Assembly (NCBI GenBank): GCA_001799045.1
Contig: MGRY01000143.1
Coordinates: 1 to 43,908, forward strand
Origin: Deltaproteobacteria bacterium RIFCSPLOWO2_02_56_12
Lineage (GTDB): Bacteria > Desulfobacterota > Binatia > UBA9968
Length of the DNA: 43,908 nucleotides
Direction: 5' to 3'
In this document: positions 8,876 through 16,670 of the stretch, piece by piece
Numbering within the stretch: the first letter of the stretch is position 1
Layout: each line of letters begins with the position of its first letter
The notes under the pieces: generated by a model
What the model was told of the DNA's origin: nothing
Seen by the model: only the letters and a program-made list of their open reading frames with translations
Databases searched by the model: none
Position numbers and translations under genes: made by a program

Positions 8876-8937
8876 CGAGCTTCCGTAGTTCAAGTTTAAA
8901 TATCATGCCTTCTACGTCAAGAAAAGACGGGATATAA

Positions 8938-9081
8938 AAGAGCCCTATCCGGACCGTTCAAGAGCTTTTGGGGCACAGAGATGTCAGCACCACGATGATC
9001 TATACCCATGTCTTGAACCGTGGTGGTAAGGGAGTTCATAGTCCCGTGGATCAACTTGGGATTGATTCGGACCGACCGTAG
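8938..9081 (+). pseudogene. C-terminal remnant of an integron-integrase-like tyrosine recombinase
   Basis: The frame from 8938 reads [47 protein letters not shown]. It contains the box II catalytic-Tyr region LLGH...TTMIYTHV and the IntI-like tail HVL.RGG.GV.SP.D. An in-frame stop lies immediately upstream (8935-8937), so about 85% of the gene is missing. Confidence 0.7.
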
Positions 9082-9256
9082 TGAGCAAAGGCTGACAATC
9101 GTGCAGTGTTTGTCGGGTCGAAATTTTTATTGTTAAGGGGCGGAAAAGATTATAGAATTGCCCATAATTATGAAATCATCGATTGGGATAGGCTGACCGT
9201 TCCAAACCGGCAAGCTGTCATGCGCTGCGCCACTCATTTGCCACTCACGGGGAGCT

Positions 9257-9275
9257 TAGGGTCAGGCCTGACTAT
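9257..9275. repeat. Left 19-bp inverted repeat flanking the Y1 transposase gene
   Basis: TAGGGTCAGGCCTGACTAT, 34 nt upstream of the ATG at 9310. Confidence 0.85.
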
Positions 9276-9309
9276 TGACTTATTTCTGGCATTCACGTAG
9301 ATTCTTCCG

Positions 9310-10254
9310 ATGGCACGCAAACCAAGGGTTGAGTTTGAGGGCGCTTTCTACCATGTCATCGCCCGAGGCAACCAACGGCAGGACATCTTTCGAGACGACC
9401 AAGACCGCACCACCTACCTGGAGAGAGTAGAGCATTACAGAAAGAGGCGCGACTTTAAGCTTTATGCCTACGTGCTGATGTCCAATCATGTGCACCTGCT
9501 GATTGAGACTCAAAGGATTCCCTTGTCCAAGATCATGCAGGGGATACAGTTTACCTACACCCAGTACTATAACCGGCGCCATAGGACCGTCGGGCACCTA
9601 TTCCAGGGTCGGTATAAGGCGATCCTGTGTGATCGAGAATCTTATTTACTTGAGCTGGTTCGTTACATTCATCTGAACCCGGCACGTGTGCGGAAGCCGA
9701 ATGATCCCTGGAAGTATCCGTGGAGCTCTCACCGGGCATACCTCGGGGAGAGAACACCGGTAGAGATAGACACAAAATTGGTGTTAGGGCAGTTTGGAAG
9801 AGCGTTGGGACAGGCGAGGCGAGCCTACAGGAAGTTTATGGAAGAAGGGATAGGGCAAGGTCATATCGATCAGTACTATGAGGTCGTGGATCAGCGCTTC
9901 TTGGGAGATGAGGAGTTTATTGAAAAGGTGGACAAGCGGACTCAAGGACGGGAGGTTGAGGCAGGGGGACCTAAGGTCCCCTTTGGTCGACTGCTTGAAG
10001 CAGTGGCGAAGGAGCATGGAGTGGGGGCTAGCGAGTTGACTGGACTGGGGCGGCGGAGGCAGCGGGTTCGGGCACGAGCGATGTTGGTTTATCTAGCAAG
10101 GGAATGGAGTAAGGTCACTTCCAAGGAGTTGGCCGGCCGGCTTCATCGCGATGCTTCACTGATGAGTCGTCTTTGTGCTATGTATGAGCGGGATCGGAAC
10201 AAGCAAGCTGAAGCTAGAATAGCCTATTTGTTGGGTAAGAAAATAAGTCCATAG
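9310..10254 (+). CDS. IS200/RAYT-like Y1 (HUH) transposase fused to a C-terminal DnaA-domain-IV-like HTH
   Basis: 314 aa. The N-terminus FEGAFYHVIARGNQRQDIF, the HUH motif SNHVHLLI and the Tyr motif GHLFQGRYKAIL...YLLELVRYIHLNP are typical of the COG1943 / Y1_Tnp family. The C-terminal RVRARAMLVYLAREWSKVTSKELAGRLHRDASLMSRL resembles DnaA domain IV. Confidence 0.85.
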   Translation: MARKPRVEFEGAFYHVIARGNQRQDIFRDDQDRTTYLERVEHYRKRRDFKLYAYVLMSNHVHLLIETQRIPLSKIMQGIQFTYTQYYNRRHRTVGHLFQGRYKAILCDRESYLLELVRYIHLNPARVRKPNDPWKYPWSSHRAYLGERTPVEIDTKLVLGQFGRALGQARRAYRKFMEEGIGQGHIDQYYEVVDQRFLGDEEFIEKVDKRTQGREVEAGGPKVPFGRLLEAVAKEHGVGASELTGLGRRRQRVRARAMLVYLAREWSKVTSKELAGRLHRDASLMSRLCAMYERDRNKQAEARIAYLLGKKISP

Positions 10255-10269
10255 TCAGGCCTGACCCTA
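10251..10269. repeat. Right 19-bp inverted repeat flanking the Y1 transposase gene
   Basis: ATAGTCAGGCCTGACCCTA. It overlaps the transposase stop codon TAG (10252-10254). Confidence 0.85.
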
Positions 10270-10284
10270 TAACCTTGCAAAACT

Positions 10285-10576
10285 TCACCAACCTTCCCCT
10301 CTTTCCCGCAAAACGGTTTTGCGGACTAAACCCTTGGGATCCTTCGGTCGCGGCAGGTCCCAGAAGTTTTTGGGCAACTTCCCGGAGCCAAGCTTAATCA
10401 GTCCCTGTTTTTCCATTTCCACCAAGTGCTCAGGCAGCAACTTAGAACTAACAGTCGGCGCAAGCCTGGCGATGGGTCGCCCGCGCTCGGTGACTAAAAC
10501 TTCCTCCCCCCGCCTTTACCTGTCGCAGGTACTCACTCAGGGATGCTTTAAGTTTTGTTACAGTTGTTGTCTTCAT
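10285..10576 (-). pseudogene. Phd/YefM-family antitoxin with a +1 frameshift in a G6 run
   Basis: ATG at 10576 gives MKTTTVTKLKASLSEYLRQVKAG. After the G6 run (C6 on the + strand, 10506-10511) the frame ends at TAG 10450-10448. Removing one G restores EEVLVTERGRPIARLAPTVSSKLLPEHLVEMEKQGLIKLGSGKLPKNFWDLPRPKDPKGLVRKTVLRERGEGW*, a classic Phd/YefM core followed by a toxin-binding tail. Confidence 0.75.
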
Positions 10577-10608
10577 AAAATTCCCTCTTGGGCCAGTTTG
10601 ATATGATT

Positions 10609-10637
10609 ATTATGGTCAGTTCAATAGACCCTGTCAA
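10609..10637 (-). promoter_or_regulatory. Near-consensus sigma70 promoter of the antitoxin gene
   Basis: On the minus strand: TTGACA (10637-10632), 17 nt, CATAAT (10614-10609), followed by SD GAGGGA 6 nt before the ATG at 10576. Confidence 0.5.
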
Positions 10638-10721
10638 GATCATCAAATCGCCTTGCGCTTTGTAAAGGCTAAGATTAAACTCATTTAAGCTCATTCACAT
10701 TTAAGGAAGGAAAACATTTCA

Positions 10722-11681
10722 ATGCATGTTTCATATGGTGGATTTTTCCGAATGTTGACAGTATTACTCTTAACAGCCTGGCTAGGGTTGGTGGCGCTGG
10801 AGGGCTATGCAGAGGCGCGCGCCGGCGGGGGCCGCTCAGGCGGAAGCCGTGGCTCAAGGAGTTATCAGGCTCCAGCCCGCCCGTCACAGCCGACTAGTCC
10901 CATGCAACCAAGAAGAGAGGCAACCCCATCTCCACAGCAACCTTCTCCCTTAGCCCCACAGCCGGGTGGTTTTATGCGTGGTTTGGCCGGAGGTCTTGTG
11001 GGAGGACTGTTAGGTTCCATGCTTTTTTCCGGTTTGGCCAATGCAGGGTGGGGAGGAGGCTTAGGGGGGAGCGGTATCGGTTTCATCGAGATCCTTCTTT
11101 TTGCAGGTCTGGGGTATTTTATCTATCGCAAGTTTCGTAAGCCTGCCGTGGCGACGGGCTTTGGCGGTATGCAATACCAAGACACGGCATATTCCTCTAG
11201 TTACGAACGTGGGCCGGTCGTTGAAGCTCCAGCAGTGGCTGAGCCCGATTTCAACTCTGTTCGCATCATGGACCCTCGCTTCGACCCTGCCGGATTCGTC
11301 AAATCCGCACAGGATACCTTTTTCAAGGTCCAGGCCGCCTGGAGCAGGCAAGACGGAGCGACTCTTACTTCTCTCTGCGCGGGCGATCTCGCCCGCTCAT
11401 GGGATCAGGAGCTTGCTGCGCTCGCCGCTCGCGGCCAGAAAAACTACATGGAAAACATCGCCCTTCGAGCCACCGAGATCACTGAGGCCTGGACAGAACA
11501 GGGACAGGACTACATTACGGTTCGCTTTGAAGCTAATCTGCTGGACTACACAGTTGACGAGAAGAACGGCATGGTTGTCGCCGGGAACAAATCAGAGCCA
11601 GTAGAATTTGCGGAATACTGGACCTTTGCCCGCCCTGTGGGTCCTAATCCCTGGCGGCTCACAGCGATCCAGCAGCCGTAG
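10722..11681 (+). CDS. Tim44-like domain membrane protein
   Basis: 319 aa: a signal/TM segment, a Gly/Ser/Pro/Gln-rich low-complexity region, a Gly-rich TM segment (FIEILLFAGLGYFIY) and a C-terminal Tim44-like fold pattern (FDPAGFVKSAQDTFFKVQAAWSRQD...ITVRFEANLLDYTVDE...EFAEYWTF). Confidence 0.8.
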   Translation: MHVSYGGFFRMLTVLLLTAWLGLVALEGYAEARAGGGRSGGSRGSRSYQAPARPSQPTSPMQPRREATPSPQQPSPLAPQPGGFMRGLAGGLVGGLLGSMLFSGLANAGWGGGLGGSGIGFIEILLFAGLGYFIYRKFRKPAVATGFGGMQYQDTAYSSSYERGPVVEAPAVAEPDFNSVRIMDPRFDPAGFVKSAQDTFFKVQAAWSRQDGATLTSLCAGDLARSWDQELAALAARGQKNYMENIALRATEITEAWTEQGQDYITVRFEANLLDYTVDEKNGMVVAGNKSEPVEFAEYWTFARPVGPNPWRLTAIQQP

Positions 11682-11684
11682 ACG

Positions 11685-12170
11685 TTAAGCGGTGGCTTTT
11701 TTGGCTGACTGCCGTGGAGACGACTTTTTCTTGGCGGTTTCTTCTTTGCCTTTTTGGGCCTGGCGCTTGCTCCTCTTCTTAGTACCAGAGGGGGTCTCTG
11801 TCTTGCCCGCGCCGTCTGCTGGAAGCAGTTCAATTAACGAGATAGACGCATTGTCTCCATGTCGCCAGCCAATTTTGACAATACGGGTGTAACCGCCGGG
11901 GCGGTCCTTGTAGCGCGGGGCAAGGGTATCAAAGATTTTCCTAACCACAGACTCATCTTGAACGATTCCCAGCGCCTGACGCCGGGCATGGAGGGTCCCC
12001 TGCTTGCCCAGACCGATCACCCGATCCGCTACGCCTCTTAACTCCTTGGCCTTGGGATCCGTGGTCCGGATGCGCTCGTGCTGGAACAATGAGGTCACCA
12101 GATTGCGCATCAAGGCCCAACGGTGGCTCGCGCTACGGTTGAGTTTCCTACCAGCCTTCAAATGGCGCAT
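11685..12170 (-). CDS. rplQ: 50S ribosomal protein L17
   Basis: Starts MRHLKAGRKLNRSASHRWALMRNL. It is the last gene after rpoA and carries a Lys/Ala-rich C-terminal tail of about 45 aa. Confidence 0.97.
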   Translation of the reverse strand: MRHLKAGRKLNRSASHRWALMRNLVTSLFQHERIRTTDPKAKELRGVADRVIGLGKQGTLHARRQALGIVQDESVVRKIFDTLAPRYKDRPGGYTRIVKIGWRHGDNASISLIELLPADGAGKTETPSGTKKRSKRQAQKGKEETAKKKSSPRQSAKKATA

Positions 12171-12173
12171 ACT

Positions 12174-13193
12174 TTAAGCCGTCTCTTTCTCGCTTGCCTG
12201 CCTCCGACTCTCGATCTCCTCACGCGAAGGGAAACTTTCCAGCCTCATCCCGAGCTCCAAGCCCATATCGCGGAGGATCTCTTTGATCTCGTTGAGGGAC
12301 TTGTGCCCGAAATTTTTGGTTTTAAGCATCTCCTGTTCCGTCTTCTGCACCAGCTCCCCGATATATTTGATATCTGCATTCTGCAAACAGTTCTGGGAAC
12401 GAACCGAAAATTCCAGCTCGTCCACGCTGCGATAGAGATTCTCGTTCAGAGGAGCCGAAGGCGATTCGTCGCGAGACTCGCGCTGCGGCTCATCCTCAAA
12501 GTTAACGAAGATCTGGAGCTGATCTTGAAAAATCTTGGCCGCGTAGGCCACGGCATCTTCGGGCTTGACGCCCCCGTCCGTCCACACCTCAAAGACCAAA
12601 CGTTCATAATCGGCCCTCTGCCCCACCCGGGCATTGGTTATATGGAAGTTTACTTTTCGGACAGGAGAAAAAATCGTGTCCAAAAAGATCGTATCCACGG
12701 GAGCTCCCTCTTCCTTATTCCGCTCCGCCAATACGTAGCCCCGGCCCATTTTTGCCACCATTTCCATATCCAGCTTGCCTTCACGGGATAGGGTGGCAAT
12801 GTGCTGCTCGGGGCTGAGGATCTCCAAGCTGGGACCGGCAACGATGTCCTTTGCCTGGACGGTCTTGGTCCCTTTAGCCTCGATCCTGAGGGTCTGTTGC
12901 TCCGTGTCGTGCAGTTTGAGGCGAACCTCTTTGAGATTGAGGATAATGTCGGTCACGTCTTCGGTGACTCCTGGAATAGTAGAAAATTCGTGCAGGATCC
13001 CCTTGATCCTGACCGAGACAATGGCAGTCCCCATGAGCGATGAGAGCAGTATCCTTCTGAGGGAATTCCCAATCATCTGACCGAACCCCCTCTCAAACGG
13101 CTCCGCATAAAACTTGCCGTAGGTTGAGGTGAGGCCCTTTTCGTCTACCTCAAGCTTCTTAGGCTTAATCAAATCGGTCCAATGCTTATACAT
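12174..13193 (-). CDS. rpoA: DNA-directed RNA polymerase subunit alpha
   Basis: Alpha NTD ([11 protein letters not shown]) and CTD ([20 protein letters not shown]). ATG at 13193 (MYKHW) follows GGGAG. The ORF-track start at 13205 is an upstream TTG. Confidence 0.97.
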   Translation of the reverse strand: MYKHWTDLIKPKKLEVDEKGLTSTYGKFYAEPFERGFGQMIGNSLRRILLSSLMGTAIVSVRIKGILHEFSTIPGVTEDVTDIILNLKEVRLKLHDTEQQTLRIEAKGTKTVQAKDIVAGPSLEILSPEQHIATLSREGKLDMEMVAKMGRGYVLAERNKEEGAPVDTIFLDTIFSPVRKVNFHITNARVGQRADYERLVFEVWTDGGVKPEDAVAYAAKIFQDQLQIFVNFEDEPQRESRDESPSAPLNENLYRSVDELEFSVRSQNCLQNADIKYIGELVQKTEQEMLKTKNFGHKSLNEIKEILRDMGLELGMRLESFPSREEIESRRQASEKETA

Positions 13194-13218
13194 AGCATCT
13201 CCCAAAAGTTTCTGAACT

Positions 13219-13845
13219 TTACTTCGAGTAAAGCTCTACAATCAGTTTTTCATTGATCGGCGCGGTGATGTCGCTCCGCGTGGGCAGGATCTTAATCCTC
13301 CCGCTAAAGCCTTCACGATCGACCTCAGCCCATTCTGGAACCCCACGTCTTTGGGCGCCATCCAGGGCAGAGATAATCCGCCCCATCTGCCGGCTCTGCT
13401 CCTTAACAGACACCACATCCCCGGCACGGACAAAATAAGAGGGTATAGTGAACCGCTTCCCGTTAACCAAAATATGGCCGTGCCGCACCAGCATGCGCGC
13501 GTCTGCCCTGGAGCTGGCAAAGCCAAGCCGATAAGCAACGTTATCCAAGCGCCGCTCCAAAAGAACGAGGAGGGCCTCGCCGGTAATTCCTTTGGTCCTT
13601 TCCGCATTGGCAAAGGTGCGGCGGAATTGATTTTCCATGAGGCCGTACATCCGTTTGACTTTTTGTTTTTCCCGCAACTGGATGCTGTATGCGGAAAACT
13701 TTGGCCTCGCCTGGCCATGCTGACCTGGAGGATAGTTTCTCCGTTCGATAGCGCACTTGTCCGTATAACAGCGCTCGCCTTTAAGAAAGAGTTTTAAGTT
13801 TTCCCGCCGGCAAAGCCGGCATACCGATGCAGAGTATCTAGCCAA
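13219..13845 (-). CDS. rpsD: 30S ribosomal protein S4 (zinc-knuckle form)
   Basis: [30 protein letters not shown] plus an S4 RNA-binding domain. TTG at 13845 is preceded by AAGGAGG with a 5-nt spacer. The longer ORF to 13887 would overlap rpsK. Confidence 0.95.
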   Translation of the reverse strand: MARYSASVCRLCRRENLKLFLKGERCYTDKCAIERRNYPPGQHGQARPKFSAYSIQLREKQKVKRMYGLMENQFRRTFANAERTKGITGEALLVLLERRLDNVAYRLGFASSRADARMLVRHGHILVNGKRFTIPSYFVRAGDVVSVKEQSRQMGRIISALDGAQRRGVPEWAEVDREGFSGRIKILPTRSDITAPINEKLIVELYSK

Positions 13846-13856
13846 CGATTCCTCCT

Positions 13857-14303
13857 TTAGACCCTTCTCCGCTTTGGCGGACGGCACCCGTTATGCGGGA
13901 TCGGGGTAACATCCTTGATCATGCTAATATTAAACCCGGCCGCCTGGAGGGACCTGAGCGCCGATTCCCTCCCCGCCCCCGGTCCGCGAACAAAAACCTG
14001 AACACTGCGCATTCCATGATCCATAGCTTTTTTCGCTGCATTGTCTGCCGCCTGTTGAGCTGCAAACGGCGTTCCCTTGCGTGACCCCTTGAAACCCATG
14101 GTTCCAGCGCTCGACCAGGAGATGACATTCCCCTGGTAATCGGTAACCGTGACGATCGTGTTGTTAAAAGTCGAGTGGATATGGACAACGCCCTCGGCGA
14201 TATTCTTTTTCCCTTTCTTCTTTCGGGCCACCTTTTCGGCGGGTTTTCCTTCTTCCTGTGCCTCGACCTTTTTCTCTTCTGCTTTTTCGTCACCCTTTGC
14301 CAT
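13857..14303 (-). CDS. rpsK: 30S ribosomal protein S11
   Basis: Core [18 protein letters not shown]...[24 protein letters not shown] precedes the ATG. It has an acidic/Lys-rich N-terminal extension of about 20 aa. Confidence 0.97.
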   Translation of the reverse strand: MAKGDEKAEEKKVEAQEEGKPAEKVARKKKGKKNIAEGVVHIHSTFNNTIVTVTDYQGNVISWSSAGTMGFKGSRKGTPFAAQQAADNAAKKAMDHGMRSVQVFVRGPGAGRESALRSLQAAGFNISMIKDVTPIPHNGCRPPKRRRV

Positions 14304-14328
14304 TACTTTCCTCCTAAATAGTTACCCG

Positions 14329-14378
14329 TCAGCCCTCAGCGATCGGTTTTCAGCTTTTGGCTGATTGCTGATAGCTGA
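14329..14378 (-). repeat. Family A intercistronic word-palindrome element (rpsM>rpsK spacer)
   Basis: On the + strand: TCAGC at 14329, 14336 and 14350, then GCTGA at 14360, 14367 and 14374. It contains GGCTGATTGCT (14359-14369), also found at 14806 and 40809. Confidence 0.7.
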
Positions 14379-14384
14379 ATGCAC

Positions 14385-14768
14385 CTATCCTTTTGACGGA
14401 GCGGTCTTCTTCCCGGCCACGGTCTTGCGCGGCCCCTTGCGGGTGCGCGCATTCGTATGGGTCCTCTGCCCCCGAACAGGCAAACCCTTACGGTGCCTCA
14501 GCCCGCGGTAAGATCCCATGTCAACATGGCGCTTGATGTTCATGGACGTATCACGCCTGAGATCTCCCTCCACCTTTTGCCCTTGGTCAATGATCTGGCG
14601 GATTTTCACCACCTCATCATCGGTAAGGTTATCGCTCTTAGTATCGAGATTGACCCCGGCTGCTTGGAGAATCTTCCTCGAACTACTCCGGCCAATTCCG
14701 TAGATGTAGGTGAGGGCGATCTCCATCCTTTTATTTTTCGGCAAATCCACCCCTGCTATACGCGCCAT
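14385..14768 (-). CDS. rpsM: 30S ribosomal protein S13
   Basis: [26 protein letters not shown], the canonical S13 N-terminus. Confidence 0.97.
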   Translation of the reverse strand: MARIAGVDLPKNKRMEIALTYIYGIGRSSSRKILQAAGVNLDTKSDNLTDDEVVKIRQIIDQGQKVEGDLRRDTSMNIKRHVDMGSYRGLRHRKGLPVRGQRTHTNARTRKGPRKTVAGKKTAPSKG

Positions 14769-14783
14769 ATCTTCACTCCAATT

Positions 14784-14816
14784 TAGCTTTCAGCTAATTG
14801 CTGACGGCTGATTGCT
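14784..14816 (-). repeat. Family A intercistronic word-palindrome element (rpmJ>rpsM spacer)
   Basis: On the + strand: TAGCTTTCAGCTAATTGCTGACGGCTGATTGCT, with TCAGC at 14790, GCTGA at 14800 and 14807, and the shared 11-mer at 14806-14816. Confidence 0.7.
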
Positions 14817-14820
14817 ATTT

Positions 14821-14934
14821 TTAGCCTTGTCTCTGTTTATGTCTGGTGTTGACGCAAACCACTCGCACGACTCCCTTGCGCCGTATCACCTTGCACTTGT
14901 TACAGATCTTCTTAACCGATGCTCTAACCTTCAT
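14821..14934 (-). CDS. rpmJ: 50S ribosomal protein L36
   Basis: Below the ORF-track size cutoff. ATG 14934 to TAA 14821 translates to [37 protein letters not shown] (a CxxC...C...H zinc ribbon). Confidence 0.95.
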   Translation of the reverse strand: MKVRASVKKICNKCKVIRRKGVVRVVCVNTRHKQRQG

Positions 14935-14949
14935 CTTCTTACCCTGTCT

Positions 14950-15168
14950 CTATTTCTCACGGTAGGTAATCCTTCCCCGGGCCAAGTCGTATGGAGACAG
15001 CTCAATCTTTACCTTATCCCCGGGTAGGATCTTGATGTAGTGCATACGCATCTTTCCCGAAATATGGGCTAGGACCTTATGGCCGTTATCCAACTTGACC
15101 CGGAACATAGCATTGGGGAGCGTCTCCAACACAGTCCCCGTTACTTCAATGGCGTCTTCTTTGGGCAT
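14950..15168 (-). CDS. infA: Translation initiation factor IF-1
   Basis: ATG at 15168: [41 protein letters not shown] (S1-like fold, 72 aa). The longer ORF to 15234 reads through the repeat spacer. Confidence 0.95.
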   Translation of the reverse strand: MPKEDAIEVTGTVLETLPNAMFRVKLDNGHKVLAHISGKMRMHYIKILPGDKVKIELSPYDLARGRITYREK

Positions 15169-15172
15169 ACAT

Positions 15173-15234
15173 TCGTTACTCGTTGACTCGTTACTCGTTA
15201 TCCGATTACACGAATAACCAATAACGATTAACAA
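15173..15234 (-). repeat. Family C intercistronic word-palindrome element (map>infA spacer)
   Basis: On the + strand: four tandem TCGTT(G)AC/T units (15173, 15180, 15188, 15195), then complementary words including ATAACGA (15221-15227). It shares the 13-mer AATAACCAATAAC (15213-15225) with 26690-26702. Confidence 0.7.
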
Positions 15235-15236
15235 AT

Positions 15237-15995
15237 TTAGATCTTACTCAAAATATACGGACCGTTTTTGGTAATCGCGACCGAATGCTCAAAATGGGCC
15301 GCCAGGCTCCTGTCTTTGGTTACTGCTGTCCAGCCGTCTTCTGTGATCTCTACCTCGTGCCCTCCTGCGTTGACCATCGGCTCGATGGCCAAGACCATTC
15401 CCTCTCTCAATCGAATCCCCCTGTCACGCTCACCGTAATTGGGAACCGGAGGCTCCTCGTGGAGCTTCTTGCCGATCCCGTGGCCGACAAAGGCTCGGAC
15501 CACTGAATAGCCTGCGTTCTCTACGGTTTCCTGTATTTCTGCAGAAAGATCTCCCAATCTGTTCCCTTCCCGGAGTTGTTCTATACCTTTATACAGAGCC
15601 GCCTCGGTAACCTGCATGAGGAGCCGCGCATCGTTACTTACTTTCCCTACTCCGACGGTGATGGCGGCATCCCCGTAAAAACCTTCATAGATGACGCCAA
15701 AGTCCAGGCCCACCACATCCCCTTCTTTCAACACCCGATCCGAAGGAATGCCGTGGACAATCTCTTCGTTGATTGAGGTACATAGGGTGCGTGGAAAGAC
15801 CCTGCCTGCCATCGTATAGCCCTTAAAGGCCGAATGGGCTTTTTTTTTATTGATCATCTCTTCGGCTAAGGCGTCCAATTCCAGCGTCGTTACGCCAGGG
15901 GCCACCTTTTTTTTTAACTCCTGCAGGATCTCCGCCACGATTACGTTTGCGCGCCTCATGATCTCAATCTCCCGCGCCGACTTGAGAGAGATCAT
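15237..15995 (-). CDS. map: Type I methionine aminopeptidase
   Basis: 252 aa with pita-bread fold motifs ([37 protein letters not shown]). Its ATG overlaps the adk stop as ATGA. Confidence 0.96.
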   Translation of the reverse strand: MISLKSAREIEIMRRANVIVAEILQELKKKVAPGVTTLELDALAEEMINKKKAHSAFKGYTMAGRVFPRTLCTSINEEIVHGIPSDRVLKEGDVVGLDFGVIYEGFYGDAAITVGVGKVSNDARLLMQVTEAALYKGIEQLREGNRLGDLSAEIQETVENAGYSVVRAFVGHGIGKKLHEEPPVPNYGERDRGIRLREGMVLAIEPMVNAGGHEVEITEDGWTAVTKDRSLAAHFEHSVAITKNGPYILSKI

Positions 15996-16657
15996 GCTGC
16001 TCCTTCTTCCAGTTCCCGAAAAACACGGGCCCGGATCTCCTCCACGCTTCCCACGCCATCGATCTCCCTGAGCAGACCCCTTTTACGATAGTAGTGCACG
16101 AGTGGAACAGTTTGAGTCTCGAAAACATGAAGCCGCGCCCTGATCGTCTCTTCCCGATCATCATCCCGCTGATAAAGTTCGCCATTACAGCGGTCACAAA
16201 ACTCCTCCCGTTGGGGAGGGTTTAAAACCACATGATACAGGTTGCCGCACTTCTTGCAGCTACGCCGTCCTGACAGCCTTTGGATAATCATTTCCTGAGG
16301 GACTCGCATGCATAAGACAGAGTCAAGTTTCCAACCCAATTCGCCAAGGATCTCCTCCAGGCCTTCCGCCTGAGCTACTGTTCTGGGGAATCCATCCAGG
16401 ATGAAACCCTTTGCGCAATCCTTTTCGCGCAATCGCTCCGCCACGAGATTCAACATCACTTCGTCTGGGACCAGTTGCCCTTTTTCGAGGTACCCTGCAG
16501 CTTTCTTTCCCACGGCAGTCCGATCCTGAACTGCTTTCCTCAGGATATCTCCGGTTGATACCTGACAAGCACCGTATTTCTTCTCAAGAAACTTAGCCTG
16601 GGTCCCCTTGCCTGCCCCCGGTGGACCTAAAAAGACCACGCGCACAACTTCCCCCAC
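15992..16657 (-). CDS. adk: Adenylate kinase (Cys4 zinc lid)
   Basis: P-loop FLGPPGAGKGTQ and lid CKKCG...CDRCNGELYQRDDD. The ORF-track start at 16657 is GTG. A GTG at 16645 (giving MRVVFLGPPG) is an alternative start. Confidence 0.95.
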   Translation of the reverse strand: MGEVVRVVFLGPPGAGKGTQAKFLEKKYGACQVSTGDILRKAVQDRTAVGKKAAGYLEKGQLVPDEVMLNLVAERLREKDCAKGFILDGFPRTVAQAEGLEEILGELGWKLDSVLCMRVPQEMIIQRLSGRRSCKKCGNLYHVVLNPPQREEFCDRCNGELYQRDDDREETIRARLHVFETQTVPLVHYYRKRGLLREIDGVGSVEEIRARVFRELEEGAA

Positions 16658-16670
16658 GGGCCAATTTCCA

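Larger units (their letters stand above)
9257..10269 (+). mobile_element. Y1-transposase (RAYT/IS200-like) unit bounded by perfect 19-bp inverted repeats
   Basis: TAGGGTCAGGCCTGACTAT at 9257-9275 is the exact reverse complement of ATAGTCAGGCCTGACCCTA at 10251-10269. Each repeat contains the 12-bp palindrome GTCAGGCCTGAC. Together they bracket a single transposase-like CDS. Confidence 0.6.

Noticed and set aside
9082-9256. Searched for a toxin remnant, attC/attI-like sites, or a real gene (ORF 9106-9300) between the integrase remnant and the transposase unit
   Set aside because: No frame gave a recognisable PIN, RelE or ParE motif. I could not identify an R''-L''…L'-R' attC architecture. The 64-aa ORF has no RBS or motif.
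10319-10606. 95-aa ORF on the + strand
   Set aside because: It lies antisense to the clearly recognisable, though frameshifted, Phd/YefM antitoxin on the minus strand.
12123-12791. 222-aa ORF on the + strand
   Set aside because: It is antisense to rpoA and the rplQ start, with no motifs or RBS.
13242-14293. Same-strand alternative-frame ORFs (13242-13718 and 13919-14293)
   Set aside because: They are embedded out of frame in rpsD and rpsK, have Arg/Pro/Gly-rich low-complexity sequence, and show no start context.
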